A DNA stretch of 64,000 bases, taken from assembly GCF_947568905.1 (NCBI RefSeq), contig NC_079173.1:36332001-36396000 (forward strand). Reading direction: 5' to 3'. Position numbers and translations under genes: made by a program. Position 1 is the stretch's first letter. Each line of letters starts with the position of its first letter. Below the pieces are notes generated by a model. It was not told the origin of the DNA, did no database searches, and saw only the letters and a list, made by a program, of their open reading frames with translations. The stretch is from Ostrea edulis (lineage: Eukaryota). This document shows positions 50,577 to 64,000 of the stretch, in pieces.

Positions 50577-51009
50577 GCTTTTTCTTGTAGAAAGTATCCT
50601 ATTATCTAACACAGGTTTCATGTACAAACATTGAATAATTACTTTCAATACATACTGGTTGCGTTGAACATATGCTTTCTCAAGATCAAAGAGTAAACCC
50701 GAGCCTGACATACTACACCTTGGTCTCCTTTAAGGTCGTACATGGTAAATTGAAACCCAAATTATGAAGGGACAATATTCCTGTGATCAAATGTATGAAA
50801 GTTTAAAATGATGATCAACACGAAATGATTTCTAAACGTGTATTCAACAAAATTCAATTTCTACATCTACATATCCTACAGTACTGATATACGCATGCGG
50901 GGATTGCTTTGCGCCGTAAGACCGGTGACATATAAAAGAAAGACGAAAGCAGCTGAATCATTATATCAAAAAGACGAGTTTCGACATCATCTTGAAAATA
51001 GTCCCGGAG

Positions 51010-54000
51010 ATGTATACTTTTACAGCATTTCTACTTGTATCTCTTATTCGACGTTTCGAATCATCATCATCTTCGATTCCCAGAAAATTCAATGAAGAAT
51101 ACCTGGATCCAAAGAGTCTTGATCACAAAACGGTATGTAACAAAATCTTGATTTAAATACTTTATAATTACCTGTCGTACATCTGACTCATATTAGTTTG
51201 ATACATTCTTACTTACTGAACAGATAACTTCAACCTAAATCTATAACTATACGTCAAATCCTTTTTGAATGTACTGATTTTTCGCCCATACGAAATAGAC
51301 CTTTTCAAAATTGTGAAAACAATGCAAGAACATTTTACAAACGTTAGCAATCGTATTAGTATCTTTTGTTTGCAGGAATTCGAGTTCTTTCAGAAAAATC
51401 TTAATACTTTATAACACAAATTGGGTCACATCAGTTCGTTTATTTGATTTTTGAAAACGAGTAGGCTATTTGGGACCTGTCAGAAAAACTTTAAAAAAAA
51501 ACATCAAACCGATGATATTTCAATTATATTATCGCCGTAAGATGGCTGTAATATTGTCAACCGAAAACAAGCACCCGATCCCGTCACCAACAACTATTAT
51601 ATTCTTATGTAAGAGATAATGGGTGTCAAATTGAAACAAGCAGAACGAATGTCACACATATTTCAATACAGAAATCTTTTAAAACGTCTGTGCGTAGAAT
51701 CCATTGCAGCTCGGACGATGAAACAAGAGAATAATGCCAATGATACAAAAGTTAACATTCACTGGGAGTATACAACAATATAAAATGCGTTACTATATTG
51801 AATTTTCTATTTTTGATTCAAAATTTAAAGAAAAAAATTAAAGTTCTCAGAATTTGCACACAAATGGCAGCATGTATGATAACGAACAGTGATCAATCTC
51901 ATAACTCCTATAAGCAATACGAAAAAGATATTTGGGCAAATACGGACCCCTGAACACACCAGAGGTGGGGATCAGGTGCCTAGGAGGAGTAAGCAATAAT
52001 AAATATGTTCTTTTTTCCCGTAAGACAGCAACTTTTGTGATTGATGACTTTTAAAAAAAAAAATCGTCTAGAACGTTTGTAAATATTGCCGTATATATAG
52101 ACAAAATAGCATGTTGATTGAGTTATTGCATATATTGTTTTAATTTTCCTAAACTGCTCCATTTCTACTCATCTACAAAAAATATACTACAAGTGATATA
52201 AACCTGCTAGAAAAACCTACATATGAACTTTTATATATGTATCTTAGTGTAACCACAAAACGACAAAATATGATTTATTTCATCACTACACTAGTGTTGA
52301 TTTAATTGATCCGTATTCAGCAAAAACAGAGCTGTGGTGAGATTGTGCAGCATGAAGAAGCATACATATAATTTAGATAACACAGCAATTGAAAAAGAAA
52401 TTCATTGATAGAGAAACGTCAGATATATATCATATAAGTGTGTAACTTGTAGCTATCGGGACGGTGGTATGAACACATGGACACATTGGATAACGCCATC
52501 AGAGACAATTCCTACGGAGACATTGTGGTTTTATGTGATGCAACAATAAGTCTAGTGGAAGTGATGAATCGTTGGATTCCGTAAGATCTTTTTATTATTG
52601 TAAACATTAAGATCTTCACAATTTAGAAATAAACATAGATGTTGATTTATTTGTCTGTCTCTAACTCAATGAATCAGTTTCCTTGTGTTAAATGTACATC
52701 TTATTTAACGATTCAAAGCAAGTTGATCTTAACTGTCTTAATGACAAAAGTGAAGATAACAAACAGTGTTCAACCTCATAATACTATCGAGAAGTAAAAT
52801 AACAAAAACAGGACAGACACGGGTCCCTGGACAAACCAGATTATTAGAGTGCTGAAAAGAAGTAAGTACCTCCTGTTAACCTATCGTAAGAACTAGATAT
52901 TGATTAGGTAAACGAAGCGATCTATTGTCAAAACATTGAAGCAATTTTCAGGTAGTATTTGCAAATGTATTTTAACGACCATAAAATTTGCGAAATGTTT
53001 AACTTAAACGAGATTATTGCAACCCCTGAAGACATTATCTCATTTATCAGTAGCCAATATCGTCTTGAAGATTATTCATCATACGCAGAGCATGCTTTCG
53101 TGATTGGAATCAGTTGCAAAGCACAAATAACATATGTACTGTAGAGGGTTTTAATTTCGCGAATTTTAGCGCTCAGTATTCCACGATGGTTTATATTTCA
53201 ATGATCAACCCCTTCTCTTGTCTGAACTCATACCCCCAAAACTTTGAACAGCATTTTACGATGGCTTTCTTTTTTGGCGATCGTTTATATAATCGCGAAT
53301 ATAATGAAAATAAAACCCAAATGAATATTTCCCCCTATACAGTGTGTGATAATAGAGTATTACTACAAATGCAAATTGCAACGTTCACATTGGAGAATCT
53401 GAAGTCACCCCTTTGTCATTACATTACATGTAGCTGGTTAGTTTTTCATTAGCATTCTTGCTCAGTAAACATTCAAATATGAAGCACCTGTATAAGGTTT
53501 TGTGTTGTCTTTTAATCATATGTAAGTAGCAGGTCATGACTTGAAGTATGAATGAAAGTGGATATTCATGATATATAAAACGTTGATGTAACAAAACGTC
53601 TAGTTGAACGCCACAAGATATTTCTTCGTTTTAAGTTAACGTTTTGAATTAATTATGCCCCAAAAGACAACAAACATTGATCAATCTCATGTCATCTAAT
53701 ACAAGAATACACATGGAAATTCCAACAGGCTGTTAGAAAACCTGAGCTTCAAAAGCTACGTAAATTTTATCAATGAGGAACACCAACATCTTTCTAATAT
53801 CAATTTCAGAATATGCACTGTATTTCAACTTACAGAAAATCCTTTTTGTTATTCTTTATGAAGGTCTCTTGAAGAGTGTCGAACCACAGCGATAAGAATT
53901 CAGCCTGATAGCCCCAAATCCCCTGGGGGAGTAGTCATCCGGATGTCCACAAATGGTTTGTACACAATCTTGGGGTATTATGCATCGATATTTCTCTCAG

Positions 54001-55126
54001 CCTAGTTTGTAAAATCCTCGATAAAATGTATCTTAGTATTAAAGGGGCATATACACGATTTGAGCTGAAAAAATTAAAATTTTATTTATCCATTTTGATT
54101 GCTTAAAATGCTTAACTAGATTATTTCTAATGGTCAACCAAAATTTGAAGATCAGTTGTTGAGTTACAAGCGAGATACATCACCCGGAATTTTTTGATAT
54201 GTAAACAAGGGTCATGTTTTTGTTTACATGCAGATGGCGAAATAGAAAATAACATGTGTAAAACAAAATGAGATATGCCAAACACTAGAAACTATTTAAT
54301 TGTAATCAGAATTAACTTATGAATTGAAAAAAATCTGCTTTAAATGAAACTTTTACTATTATATCTAACCTACGTAAACAAAACATGGTACGAGCCTTGT
54401 TTACATAACAAAGAATTATGAGCGCGGTATGTCCTATGTACACTGTACCTTGGCAACTGATATTCAAATTTTGCCAACCATTAGAAATACCCTACTTAAG
54501 CTTTCTAAACAATAAATATGGAAATATAAAAAAAAATGTTCATGTCCCTTTAACCTTGTGCCCCCAGTGACATTGAAAACAAATCTATCAAACCTTCCTT
54601 CAACCAAACTTATGATTATCTTTACAAAACACAATAATAGCGTTGTGATTCCAAAAATATCCGGGGCAACGTATTTCAGAGAATCAGTTGATAAGTGTAT
54701 ACTCTACGTGACTTTGTATGATTTACGATACATTCAAGGAAATGAAATAATTTGACTTTTTAAGAGACCCTGGGGAGGTTCACAGTTCGGTACTATGATC
54801 CTCACCCTACACAGGGAATTGCGCTTGTACATCAACAAACACACCTTACTAATGATGGCTACCATATCATGGCGCGTCAGAAGGATCCACGTGACCTAGA
54901 CGATGTTATCAAGCAGGTTCTATCGGCTCTCAATATGAAGATTCGGGACTTCTATGTGAAATCGAAGGACTTCGGTAATATATGTATTTTAATTGTGAAT
55001 TCTAATTATTGAACATCCACAAATCACTATCACATTTACGCCTTAAATCATCCAATAATGATTTCAAATCATTCCCTTTTTATTTTAGGTTGTGAAAGGA
55101 AAGCAGAGAAAGGAATCAAGTTGTAA
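51010..55126 (+). CDS. Lipocalin (apolipoprotein D-like), about 196 aa, 5 exons
   Basis: Exons 51010-51132, 52453-52580, 53864-53955, 54765-54974 and 55089-55126; all GT-AG; phases 0,2,1,1; 591 nt, fully open. Hydrophobic N-terminus; SCR1-like LDHKTLSGRWYE; SCR3-like YHIMARQK followed by a helix and a terminal Cys (KDFGC). AATAAA at 55134. Confidence 0.8.
54043..54549. mobile_element. TTAA-flanked palindromic MITE (Kolobok-like) in lipocalin intron 3
   Basis: TTAA|AGGGGCAT...ATGTCCCT|TTAA, with long imperfect inverted arms (TATTTCTAATGGT..CAAAATTTGAA.ATCAGTTG on both sides). Confidence 0.8.
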
Positions 55127-56129
55127 AGAACAAAATAAACTGAGCTCGAGTAAACATTGCGAAACCTTAATCTTTCATATCATGGTATTGTGAACATGTA
55201 AAAGGTTTTATTTTGCATGAATAGGTCTCACTATTTGTTACAATATTCACAATAAATAGTTTGAGAATTAGATAGGTTTCAGCTCTATAAACAGGTGAAT
55301 TTGAAGTCTTTGACATCTCAACACTTTACACGACCATTTCTAACAACCAATTACGGTAGACCCACCCTCATGTGACTTATATTTAATTGTTATATAATAA
55401 ATTGATATGATATATCATAATCATAGTATTTGTTAATATAATATATTTTAATTATGATATATATTAATATTGCATAATATATATAATGATATTACTTGTA
55501 TCAATATTAAGGGTTGAACGTGGAACAAAAATGTATTAATTTCCACTCAGTATAGTTTCATTCAATTAATAACGAAAGAAAATGTGTATGTGCAACCTTT
55601 TTTAAGATGTCAGACAAACAAAAAGCAAAAGTATAGCACTGGTTAACATAAGAAAACTCACATTTTCGTAAAACAGAATAATTAAAATAGATAAAAACTT
55701 GTTAGAATGAATTATTTTTAAAATTAACAGTTTAGAAAACTGTTAATTCATGAATATGTATAAATCAATTGTGGATATTAGCAAAATCATGGTCTAGTAG
55801 ACATGTAGGTCAGGAAATATCAGCACAGGAGTTACCGTCTTTGACAATATTTTTATTAGACATAACTACACGTGTAGCGACAATAAAAAGATGACCGGAT
55901 CGAGGAGCTGATTTAAATCAGATTGTAAGTTTTTGTTTACATGTTCAGAACATAGCGCATCAAATCGAGGCGCATGCGTGGGGATCCAGAACAAAACCTG
56001 TCCAATTTTTACTACATCACCAACTTTTAACAGATAGATATGTGACTCTATGAACGAAAACGATGCCGGTAAACAATTTTACTCCGTGTTTATAACGTCA
56101 TGTTTCAGAATTGTTGAGGCACCGTTTGG

Positions 56130-56352
56130 CTGATTGATTGAATATTGTTGTCGACAATATTTCACTTATATGGAGACGTCACCACTGTCAGTGAAGGACT
56201 ACAAAATCTACGCCTATGTTCGGCATTTATGATCATTGACATATTTTTATCGTGACACGGGACCTCGGTTTTTGCGGTCTCATCCGAAGGACCGCCCAAT
56301 GTAGTCGCCTCTTACGACAAGCAAGAGGTACTGAGGACCTATTCTAACCCGA
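56130..56352 (-). mobile_element. Family B2 SINE-like element abutting a Naiad RT
   Basis: Same head (CGGGTTAGAATAGGTCCTCAGTACC...GTCGTAAGAGGCGAC) and body as 4553 and 18045. Confidence 0.8.
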
Positions 56353-57225
56353 ATTTCCTCGAAATTTTTCTTCTCACGTAGAAGTTTTTGAATAAATTCT
56401 GCTTCATAGGAAGAGCAAAACAGGTCAGCTAGCAAAGAAGCACAATTTGTGTCCATGGGAATTCCAACACACTTTAGGAAGACCTGATCATCAAAGTCTA
56501 TGAAAATATTGTCAATGAGGAACTCCAGCATATTCTTAATTTTAACTTCAGAGTACTTGTGCGTGAAATCAGAGTGGTGTTTAATAAACTAATTTTTGGG
56601 ATGACTGATCACTAGATATGAGTATCTCCGTTTTCCACTTTTGTTGAAGAAGCTACTTTCTATGATGTCCAAAAAGTTTCATTTTTAATTTATCGTGAGG
56701 AATGGTCGTGTAAAGTGTTGAAAAGTCCTACGTTCTGATGTTGTTGATTTGAGAAAAGTTTTGCGATTTTAAATTTACTAAAAGTTCTATAGAATTTATT
56801 TTAGAATTCACTCTTGATTTACACCACTACTGGCATATGTAGTATTGTAGAACGTTTGAATTTTGTTGATATTTTTGTGAGGAGCAAAGATAAAAAGCTT
56901 GGTAGAACACTTACTGGATCTAGCATCTTTGTTAGGGTTTTTATGAAGTTTAGGAATCCAGTATTGGTACGGTTACTCATAATCATCCGACCCATTGACT
57001 GAGATATTAAATGTATCTAAAACTGAAGCATGGTTTTGAAGAATTTCATCCTCTGAAAGGGCAGATAAGTATAAGTACGATTACCAAAAGTGAAATTAAT
57101 GCCAAGTTTGTTTAAAATACAGTCGTAATAATGAGCCTTACCAACAAAGACAATGTTGTTACAAGCTTTGTTAGCTGGAACCAAAACATATTCCTCATGT
57201 AACTGATCTAATTCCTTTATCACAA
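56353..57225 (-). mobile_element. Second long Naiad-type PLE RT fragment
   Basis: Colinear with 49200-50090 (VIKELDQLHEEYVLVPANKA...GIPMDTNCASLLADL...LLREKK), with frameshifts; both ends truncated. Confidence 0.85.
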
Positions 57226-57461
57226 TGTGTATTATGACAGCACACATAAACAACAAGATATCGCAATACTTCAAGATGTCATGAAATAAAATAATGAAAG
57301 TGAGGAAGCTCACATACCCTACGTTCCAACATTCCTTGACAATGCCTCACATACTAAATGGCATTACTGCAAAAACAGGACAGATGGGTTCGAATTTCAA
57401 AGTTCAAAAGGGTCATACTCCCAGAAAAAATATGCACATCTACACAATATGTCCTTATCAT

Positions 57462-57493
<32 letters not shown>

Positions 57494-60079
57494 CTCCGAG
57501 AATTTGCGCTGAAAAGAACAGGAGAGACTGGGTCGAAATCCTGAGTTCAAAAAGGGCATAACTCCAAGATAAATTAATGAATCAGAATTTCCTGGAATGA
57601 GCATATGTACACAATGTGTCCTTATTAACTACAACGTTTCACAAAATTCTGTGGAGCGTCTCAGAAGAGTTGGGCTGACAAAAAGGGACTGAAGGACGGG
57701 TCAGAAACATTGTATCCTCTGTTCCGTGGGATATAATTATTGTTTCTATTACACAGAAACTGAAAATTAAATGTTTTTATCGGCAACCTAATCTGACACC
57801 TTGTGAAATAAACAAAATCTTGATCGCGATGCACTTGTCATAACTTCATCAAGATAGTCTGGCGCATTTCATATGCAGTAAGTGGCGGATCATCTGGTTT
57901 TCTTAATGAAAAAAATATTTTGTATTTAAATTGAAAAATGTTTGCAAATATTTATAAGACTAAATTCACTGAACTATTTTCTATTGATCCCGTAGGGAAA
58001 CATTAATACATTATTCATTGCTAAGTGGAAAGATGAGAGGGTTTTACAAATATGTTTATTGCAAGGGTATACTCGTAGTGCATCACAATGGGGTTTTTAA
58101 AGTCAATGTTTAAATATGATACTCATTTTCGATGTTCTTAGTTTTTCCCCGTGATTGTAGAAACCACTGTTACGACTGTTTGTAATAATTCAATAACAGT
58201 TACTGATATGTACAAACTCATGAAAAACAGAAAAAAAGGTTTTTATTTTAGTTCATCATGTTTTGTGATGTCACAGATCATGAAAGTAAGAAATAAGTTA
58301 AAAGTTATCCAATATGATGTCAAATATCGAATGGTCCGGGGCTGTTTTGGGAAGTTTGCGCCTTATAATTTTAAAGTTAAAACATTTTATCAAAATTAGG
58401 TTGTACACTATCTGGCAATATCCACGAAATCAGGCTACTGTTTACAATATACATGTAGCAGTTTTTCTGTTTGTCATTCATATAGTGCATTATGTTTTAA
58501 TTGATTATTGTGTTTGACGAGAAGAAAGGACGTGTATTCATAATTTTGCCCTTAAATTGTCACACTCGACAAAAACTACCATTATAAACAAAATCCCAAT
58601 ACCGAGTTTCAAATTTTGAAATTATGAACAACCGTTCATTTTGTCTTCGATCAACTATTCGGCATGACGGATTACAACTGCATTCGTAAAATTATTATCT
58701 AATTTTCAATACGGAGAGAACATTCATACTACGTAAGAAACATTTAATTTGCAGTTCCAAATGATTTCCTATAATCAAGTTTTATTTACAATATACATTG
58801 TATGATATCAAGAAATATAACATAATTAATGCACGCAATTATTCATAAATTGTTCTTAATTCATTTGAATTCAGGATATCTTTCATTCAATACATGAACG
58901 CAACAATTCAAATACGCATCAAAAAAATCCTTCCTCTATGCAATATTATTTATGATTTCTCACACTCCCGCGAGGTTTAGAATTGGTTAAGGAATTGACA
59001 AAACAATTTTTTATAACGTTTGTCATGGTATCGAGGTAATGTAACTTCATAGTTTTTCAATATTTTTCTCTTTGCAATATATATTTATTACGACCCCTCT
59101 CAATTTATTAGAGTCAAAAATAAAAAATCTAAATGTATGAGGTGGTTTTTCTTTTCAAATACTACAAAAGAAAAAAGCACAATGAAATTGATAAATTTTA
59201 TTTAGAAATCAATATTTTATATTGTTAAGTAACAACACTCAGAGTACAATATTAACCATAATTTGCCTTTCTGCATCCATTCGACACAATCTGAAATTAC
59301 TTAGCATGGTGATTAGTGAATGTCACATTTTTAAAAGAAAATAATCTTTACATAGATCTTAATCAGTTTTGTAGAGATTGTGTGAGGTTTTACGCCGTTT
59401 TGGCAATATGTCAGCCATTTTAGGCGGTTAACTAATTGAAATATGTTTGGTTGTGAGTGTTTGACTTTCCCTGACGGCCCCCAGTGAGCCTACGGTTTTA
59501 AATAAGTTTTTAACAAACGTTATGACAAATATAATGAAGAAACTTAGGGTCAAATGTCATCAATTACAAAATGCATACTATATTTACATGTACATCATTG
59601 TCTAACAATATGATGTCCCACTAAATAACAAATATTTTTCTTATTTGATTCAAGATCCCTTATTTACATCATTTCTTTATCTATCGTAATACAATAATAA
59701 TATGATATTAAGTCCAAACAATCTTAAGGAAAGGTGCTTTACAAAAGAGTTTGTTCAGACAAATAGTGTTTATCCCGCAAATTATGACAAAATGCACATT
59801 AAACAATTTGTATGCACAACTGACACAATAGAATTTTAAATTTTCTAATGTATGAAAAGATTGTGTTCTGGACACAATTAAAACAGAGCACAAAATCATT
59901 TTGCAATACGTCGAATATCAATGAGAAAAATTCAATCCTTAAACACACAAAACGAAAATTCCAGGTAAAAAACTTACAATTCGAACAAAACTTTCATCAA
60001 AAGTTTTTATAAGAAGATTTTAACAGAAATCATAAAGAAATGTCCAAACAGTGCAATATTTTAACCAATGTTCAATATA

Positions 60080-60335
60080 TCAGTTACAATAAAAACAATG
60101 AAGTTGTAAAATGGTGATAAATCTAATAAATCCTATAAACAATGGCAGGGTAAACAAGGAGCCCTGGAAATACCAGAGGAGGGACCAGACGTCTAGAAAG
60201 AGTAATAATCCCCTGTTTGCCGGGCATACCTGCCATGAGTCCTCGATCTTGATCAGGTGGATGGAGTAATCCATAATCAGTGTGTAAAGAACGTTAGACA
60301 ACATTTGATCAAGTGACAGGTTGTATTTGCAAAAA
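60080..60335 (-). mobile_element. Diverged Naiad 3' fragment
   Basis: Homologous to 48476-48730. Confidence 0.65.
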
Positions 60336-60744
60336 GAGATAACCAAAAACGACCGATTTTTCTTCTTCAAAATGATGACTCTAAAAGAGTCTGTTGTAAC
60401 CTCCATCATTTATTGAAAAAAAAAGTTTCAATGTTAATCAAATGAGAAGCAAATGTAATATGTGAGTACATGATTACTATGTGAATTATATGCTTTGGTG
60501 GTTAATGATAGTTGCACAGGAAAGATGCCACAGCTTCGTAGAGACTGTAACTACGATATTATCTACTAGTACAGTTCAATTAGATAAAGTAAAAAAAAAA
60601 TCATTATTACATGCATTCTGTTCCCTTCGGTATCATTTTCCTCAGATAATAAAGTTTGCAACTTTTCGTTCCGACACATCAGGACTGTCTTTAGGGTTTC
60701 GGGTTTATCATACAGTGGAATATACCATCAACATCCTGTTGAGC

Positions 60745-63211
60745 TTATACGGCAGTGTCCTCTTGAGTGTTGAGATTGGTGTCGTCTTGATTTCCATGCT
60801 CCTCAACAAGTGGGATGCAGCTGTAATTGACTTCAATACGATTAGTTTTGACGTCGATTGAATGTTCTTCCTGTTTTACATTTAATATCATACAATACAG
60901 ACATTCATTCAAATGAATAGGACACATACATCCACAACAAAGCGTATAGATGAAACGAAACACACAGTTGCAACAACATCGACAGAAATTTTGACCATCT
61001 TCGAAACACCAATTTTCATAGCGCCGATTCCGCCAACACTCTTCACATGTTTCACTTCCTGTACTTCCATTGCTGTCCAATTCAATGTCCGAAGCATTTT
61101 GAGTTTGTTTTGGGACGTTTAATTTAGGATGTTTAAAGTTTGTTTTGTATGTTCTATATATATACTTAAAAAACGCACCGTCCATCAATTGGCGAGTTTC
61201 TGTTTCGGATAAAATGTTAACTGTCGTAACAGAGTTCTCCTTTATTGTATTTCGCATTCCCTCGACAATTTTCTTTATTTCTAAATGCTTCAAATGGACC
61301 CTGCTTGTAAAGTCGGTTACAAGCAGGATTTCAACAATTCGCGGGGGTCCAAACAGGAAGAGAAGTGTTATAAATGTAGTCAAATCTGGTTGGGCTCCAA
61401 TTTTTACATATCCGACTCTCTGCATGGTATCAAATATTATAAGAAAAAATAAAACCGATGATATTATCTTTATAAACAGAAAGAACACCTCTATTCTAAG
61501 AGGAAAATATTTATCAACAATCTCCTTGAAACATTTAATAGGAATGCGTTTATCCTCCGTAAGATCATGGACCTCGTCTAGAAGATTTTTATAAAGTTTT
61601 GTAAATTGATAAATATAGCGACAAATGTATAACACAAGAGAAGTAAGATATATAACATATATAAATGTTTCTACAGAAAAATGAGGTACAGCTAAAAGCG
61701 CAGTGTATACAAAAAACTGAATAAGATAACTTATACCGTAAAAGAAAATGTTAAATGAATACATGTAAGAAGTGATGATGTAGGCCAGAGCCCCTACATG
61801 GGTGAACATACTGCCAATACATTGAAAAATAACAGTAATGCGAGGGCTAGATTTTGAAAGCTTCCTCATAGGAGAGGAAAATATGCACATACCCACCAAC
61901 GAAATGAATTTTACATAAAACGCATAAAGAATAGAAACCAAAGGACAAAACGTATTACATAAGATCAACATAACGTTTAAAGGAAATGTAATAATGCATT
62001 GCACGTGAGGAAAGTTACTACTGGAAGTAATGCTGTTAATGAAGAAAATCTTGGACCAAAACTTGTAGGTTAAAATCAGCGATAACTTTTGAATTTTTAA
62101 CGAAGTCCTTGGTTTTTGATGATCCTTTAGGAAGACAGCCACTGGTATTAGTTTTAGGAAGAAATCACCATTACGTAATCCAGTAAAGTCAACGATTAAG
62201 AAGTCGTCTAGTATGCCATCAGAGTTTAATAACAATGCTACATTGAGAAGAAAAAAATTGACAACGCCCCAGACGAGCAACGCGTTATTTGTTAAGGTGG
62301 TGTAGTAGTTTTCAGCATGTTGAAAATCCTGTTCTATGTTTGTGGATTTCAAAGAGCAGTTGCATTGCTCATATACATATGATTTAAGTAAATACACACC
62401 TGACGTAACAATGGTAATTAGAATTATAATGCGCATTGCTGCGTAGTACTTGTTATTTCCGGTAAAGATCAAACACCTACAAAATCTGGCAGGACTGTAA
62501 GGCGAGTCAGACATGTAGTACATATCAAATCTGTTTTCTGTATCTCGTACATAAAACGATAACTCTATAATAAGCGGGTAGAAAGAATACACCAACATAA
62601 TTATAACAATGACAATGATATTTATATACGATTTTTCAACCATAGTAAATTTGTCTTCATCATCCGCGATGCACATGAAATTATATCCAATCTGAACGCC
62701 CGATATATCACTTACAACATCTCGTATTTTATCGTCTTTTATATTTGAATGACAAAGGTATCCATCTGGTACTTCAAAAGTACGGGTCGTGTTCTCATCT
62801 ATAATGTCTAGCAGGTATTGTGAAAGGTAAATATCAAACTGTGATTTACAAACTTCTGAAAAGTTGCCGATGGATATATTGACACTTAGTGACTCTTGTT
62901 TAGCTTTCAAAAGGCCAAAGCTGTACACGTCTACATCCTCTGGGTACCCCAGGACATATTGGTACTTCTTCCCTATCCATACCCAACGCTGTACTGTTTG
63001 TCTCTCAAGGAATTCAGCATTGTCTGTATTTGCTCCCTCAGAAAACACCAAGTCCATGAATATCACATTGGTTCCGTTTCTAATCAAATTATGAAAAGTT
63101 TCACTCTCAGCCTGAAGTGAATTTGATGTGTGAAAACATTCGACCAGAGTCGTGTCCTGCGCAAGTGCAATTTTCATGGTAAGAATGCATATTGGTAGCA
63201 GCAAGAGAAAC
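60745..63211 (-). CDS. Uncharacterised multi-pass membrane protein (signal peptide, about 190-aa ectodomain, about 9 TM helices, Cys-rich cytoplasmic tail)
   Basis: 2.6-kb stop-free ORF in AT-rich DNA (60745-63390). The probable acceptor tttcag|G at 63211 precedes FLLLLPICILTMKIALA, so the start exon is probably upstream and was not located. Multiple hydrophobic stretches; C-terminal CRCCCNC...LCCGCMC. Confidence 0.85.
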
Positions 63212-64000
63212 CTGAAAGAGGAAATGATATAAAAATGATTTCTTTTGGCACAATATGTAAATAGGTTGAACAGAACATTGATTGAGATACCGTCAAAATA
63301 CACTGAACATGGAAATAATGACAATGAAATTGCGGTTGCAGGAAACTTAAATTCGTGTTGGATTAAAACTATGCTAAAGCAGATCATCACAATATGAACC
63401 GTTCAAATTCATTACATTCATGTACATGGATTTCTGAAAAGAGTGACATGAAGTCCCTTCAAAAATCTTACATTTAACCACTTAAGGTATTCAATTTGTA
63501 ATATGTCATACCTAGTAAATGGATAGTTGGATTTTTGCAATTATGTATGCTTTTGAAGGGTTCATTAAAGAGAAATTATTATTGTGTTTACTGCTTGATT
63601 TATTTCACCTAGAATTTAATATTGAAGTCAATGGGAAAGGCATGTTTTGAAAAGAATTGGAAAGTAAACAAAAATCTTAAAATGTTCAATTGTTAACACA
63701 TTTAATCACTCAACATTTTGGCCCAACCCCGATACCAAAACTCCTACCCCTAAGATCATCGACGTTTCAATTTAGTGCTGATAGCATAACAGAATATGTG
63801 TTGCACCCTAAATCGTCGCCCCAAGATTGCACTATCATTAGGGGCGACAAGTTAGGATGTACTATAGTACACCCCCAATCGTCGCCCGGCCTAAATCGGC
63901 GCCCGCCAATATCTTACTGGCGTCTCTAGGATAGATTACACAGAAGTTAGTATAGGATTAAACATTGTTTTTGAAGAATTTATCGATGTGTAAACTCTGG

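Noticed and set aside
60481-63120. Plus-strand ORFs overlapping the membrane-protein gene, and similar antisense ORFs over the BCO, TRIM and C1q genes
   Set aside because: These are antisense shadows of real coding sequence with no independent motifs.
63212-63390. N-terminal 60 codons of the 881-aa ORF as real coding sequence
   Set aside because: A polypyrimidine tract and AG acceptor at 63212-63225 immediately precede the signal-like segment, so this part is more likely open intron; not proven without transcripts.

Overview
Eukaryotic, AT-rich, repeat-dense genomic DNA, most consistent with an oyster-like bivalve (inferred from the repeat families and the C1qDC/TRIM gene types; not verified by search). 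I reconstructed six protein-coding genes by hand from splice sites and intron phases: (1) a two-exon RPE65/BCO-family carotenoid oxygenase with a hydrophobic N-terminus (1284-3394, +); (2) a 12-exon extracellular protein of alternating CUB and FN3 domains (5587-15534, -), whose stop codon lies in a UGA-CUAG readthrough context just before a GPI-signal-like tail; (3) a two-exon C1q-domain protein (32542-33824, +); (4) an intronless RING-B-box-coiled-coil TRIM with an NHL-like C-terminus (39024-41018, +); (5) a five-exon lipocalin that the ORF track misses (51010-55126, +); (6) an orphan multi-pass membrane protein of about 9 helices (60745-63211, -). The rest is transposon debris: Naiad-type Penelope-like retroelements (many 3' fragments), a Gmr1-like Gypsy relic with integrase before RT, an L2/CR1-type LINE, two groups of tRNA-SINEs plus a related family with a non-tRNA head, TTAA-flanked and other TIR MITEs, Helentron/pearl-like repeats and 27-bp minisatellites. 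All coordinates were counted by hand and may be off by a few bases.
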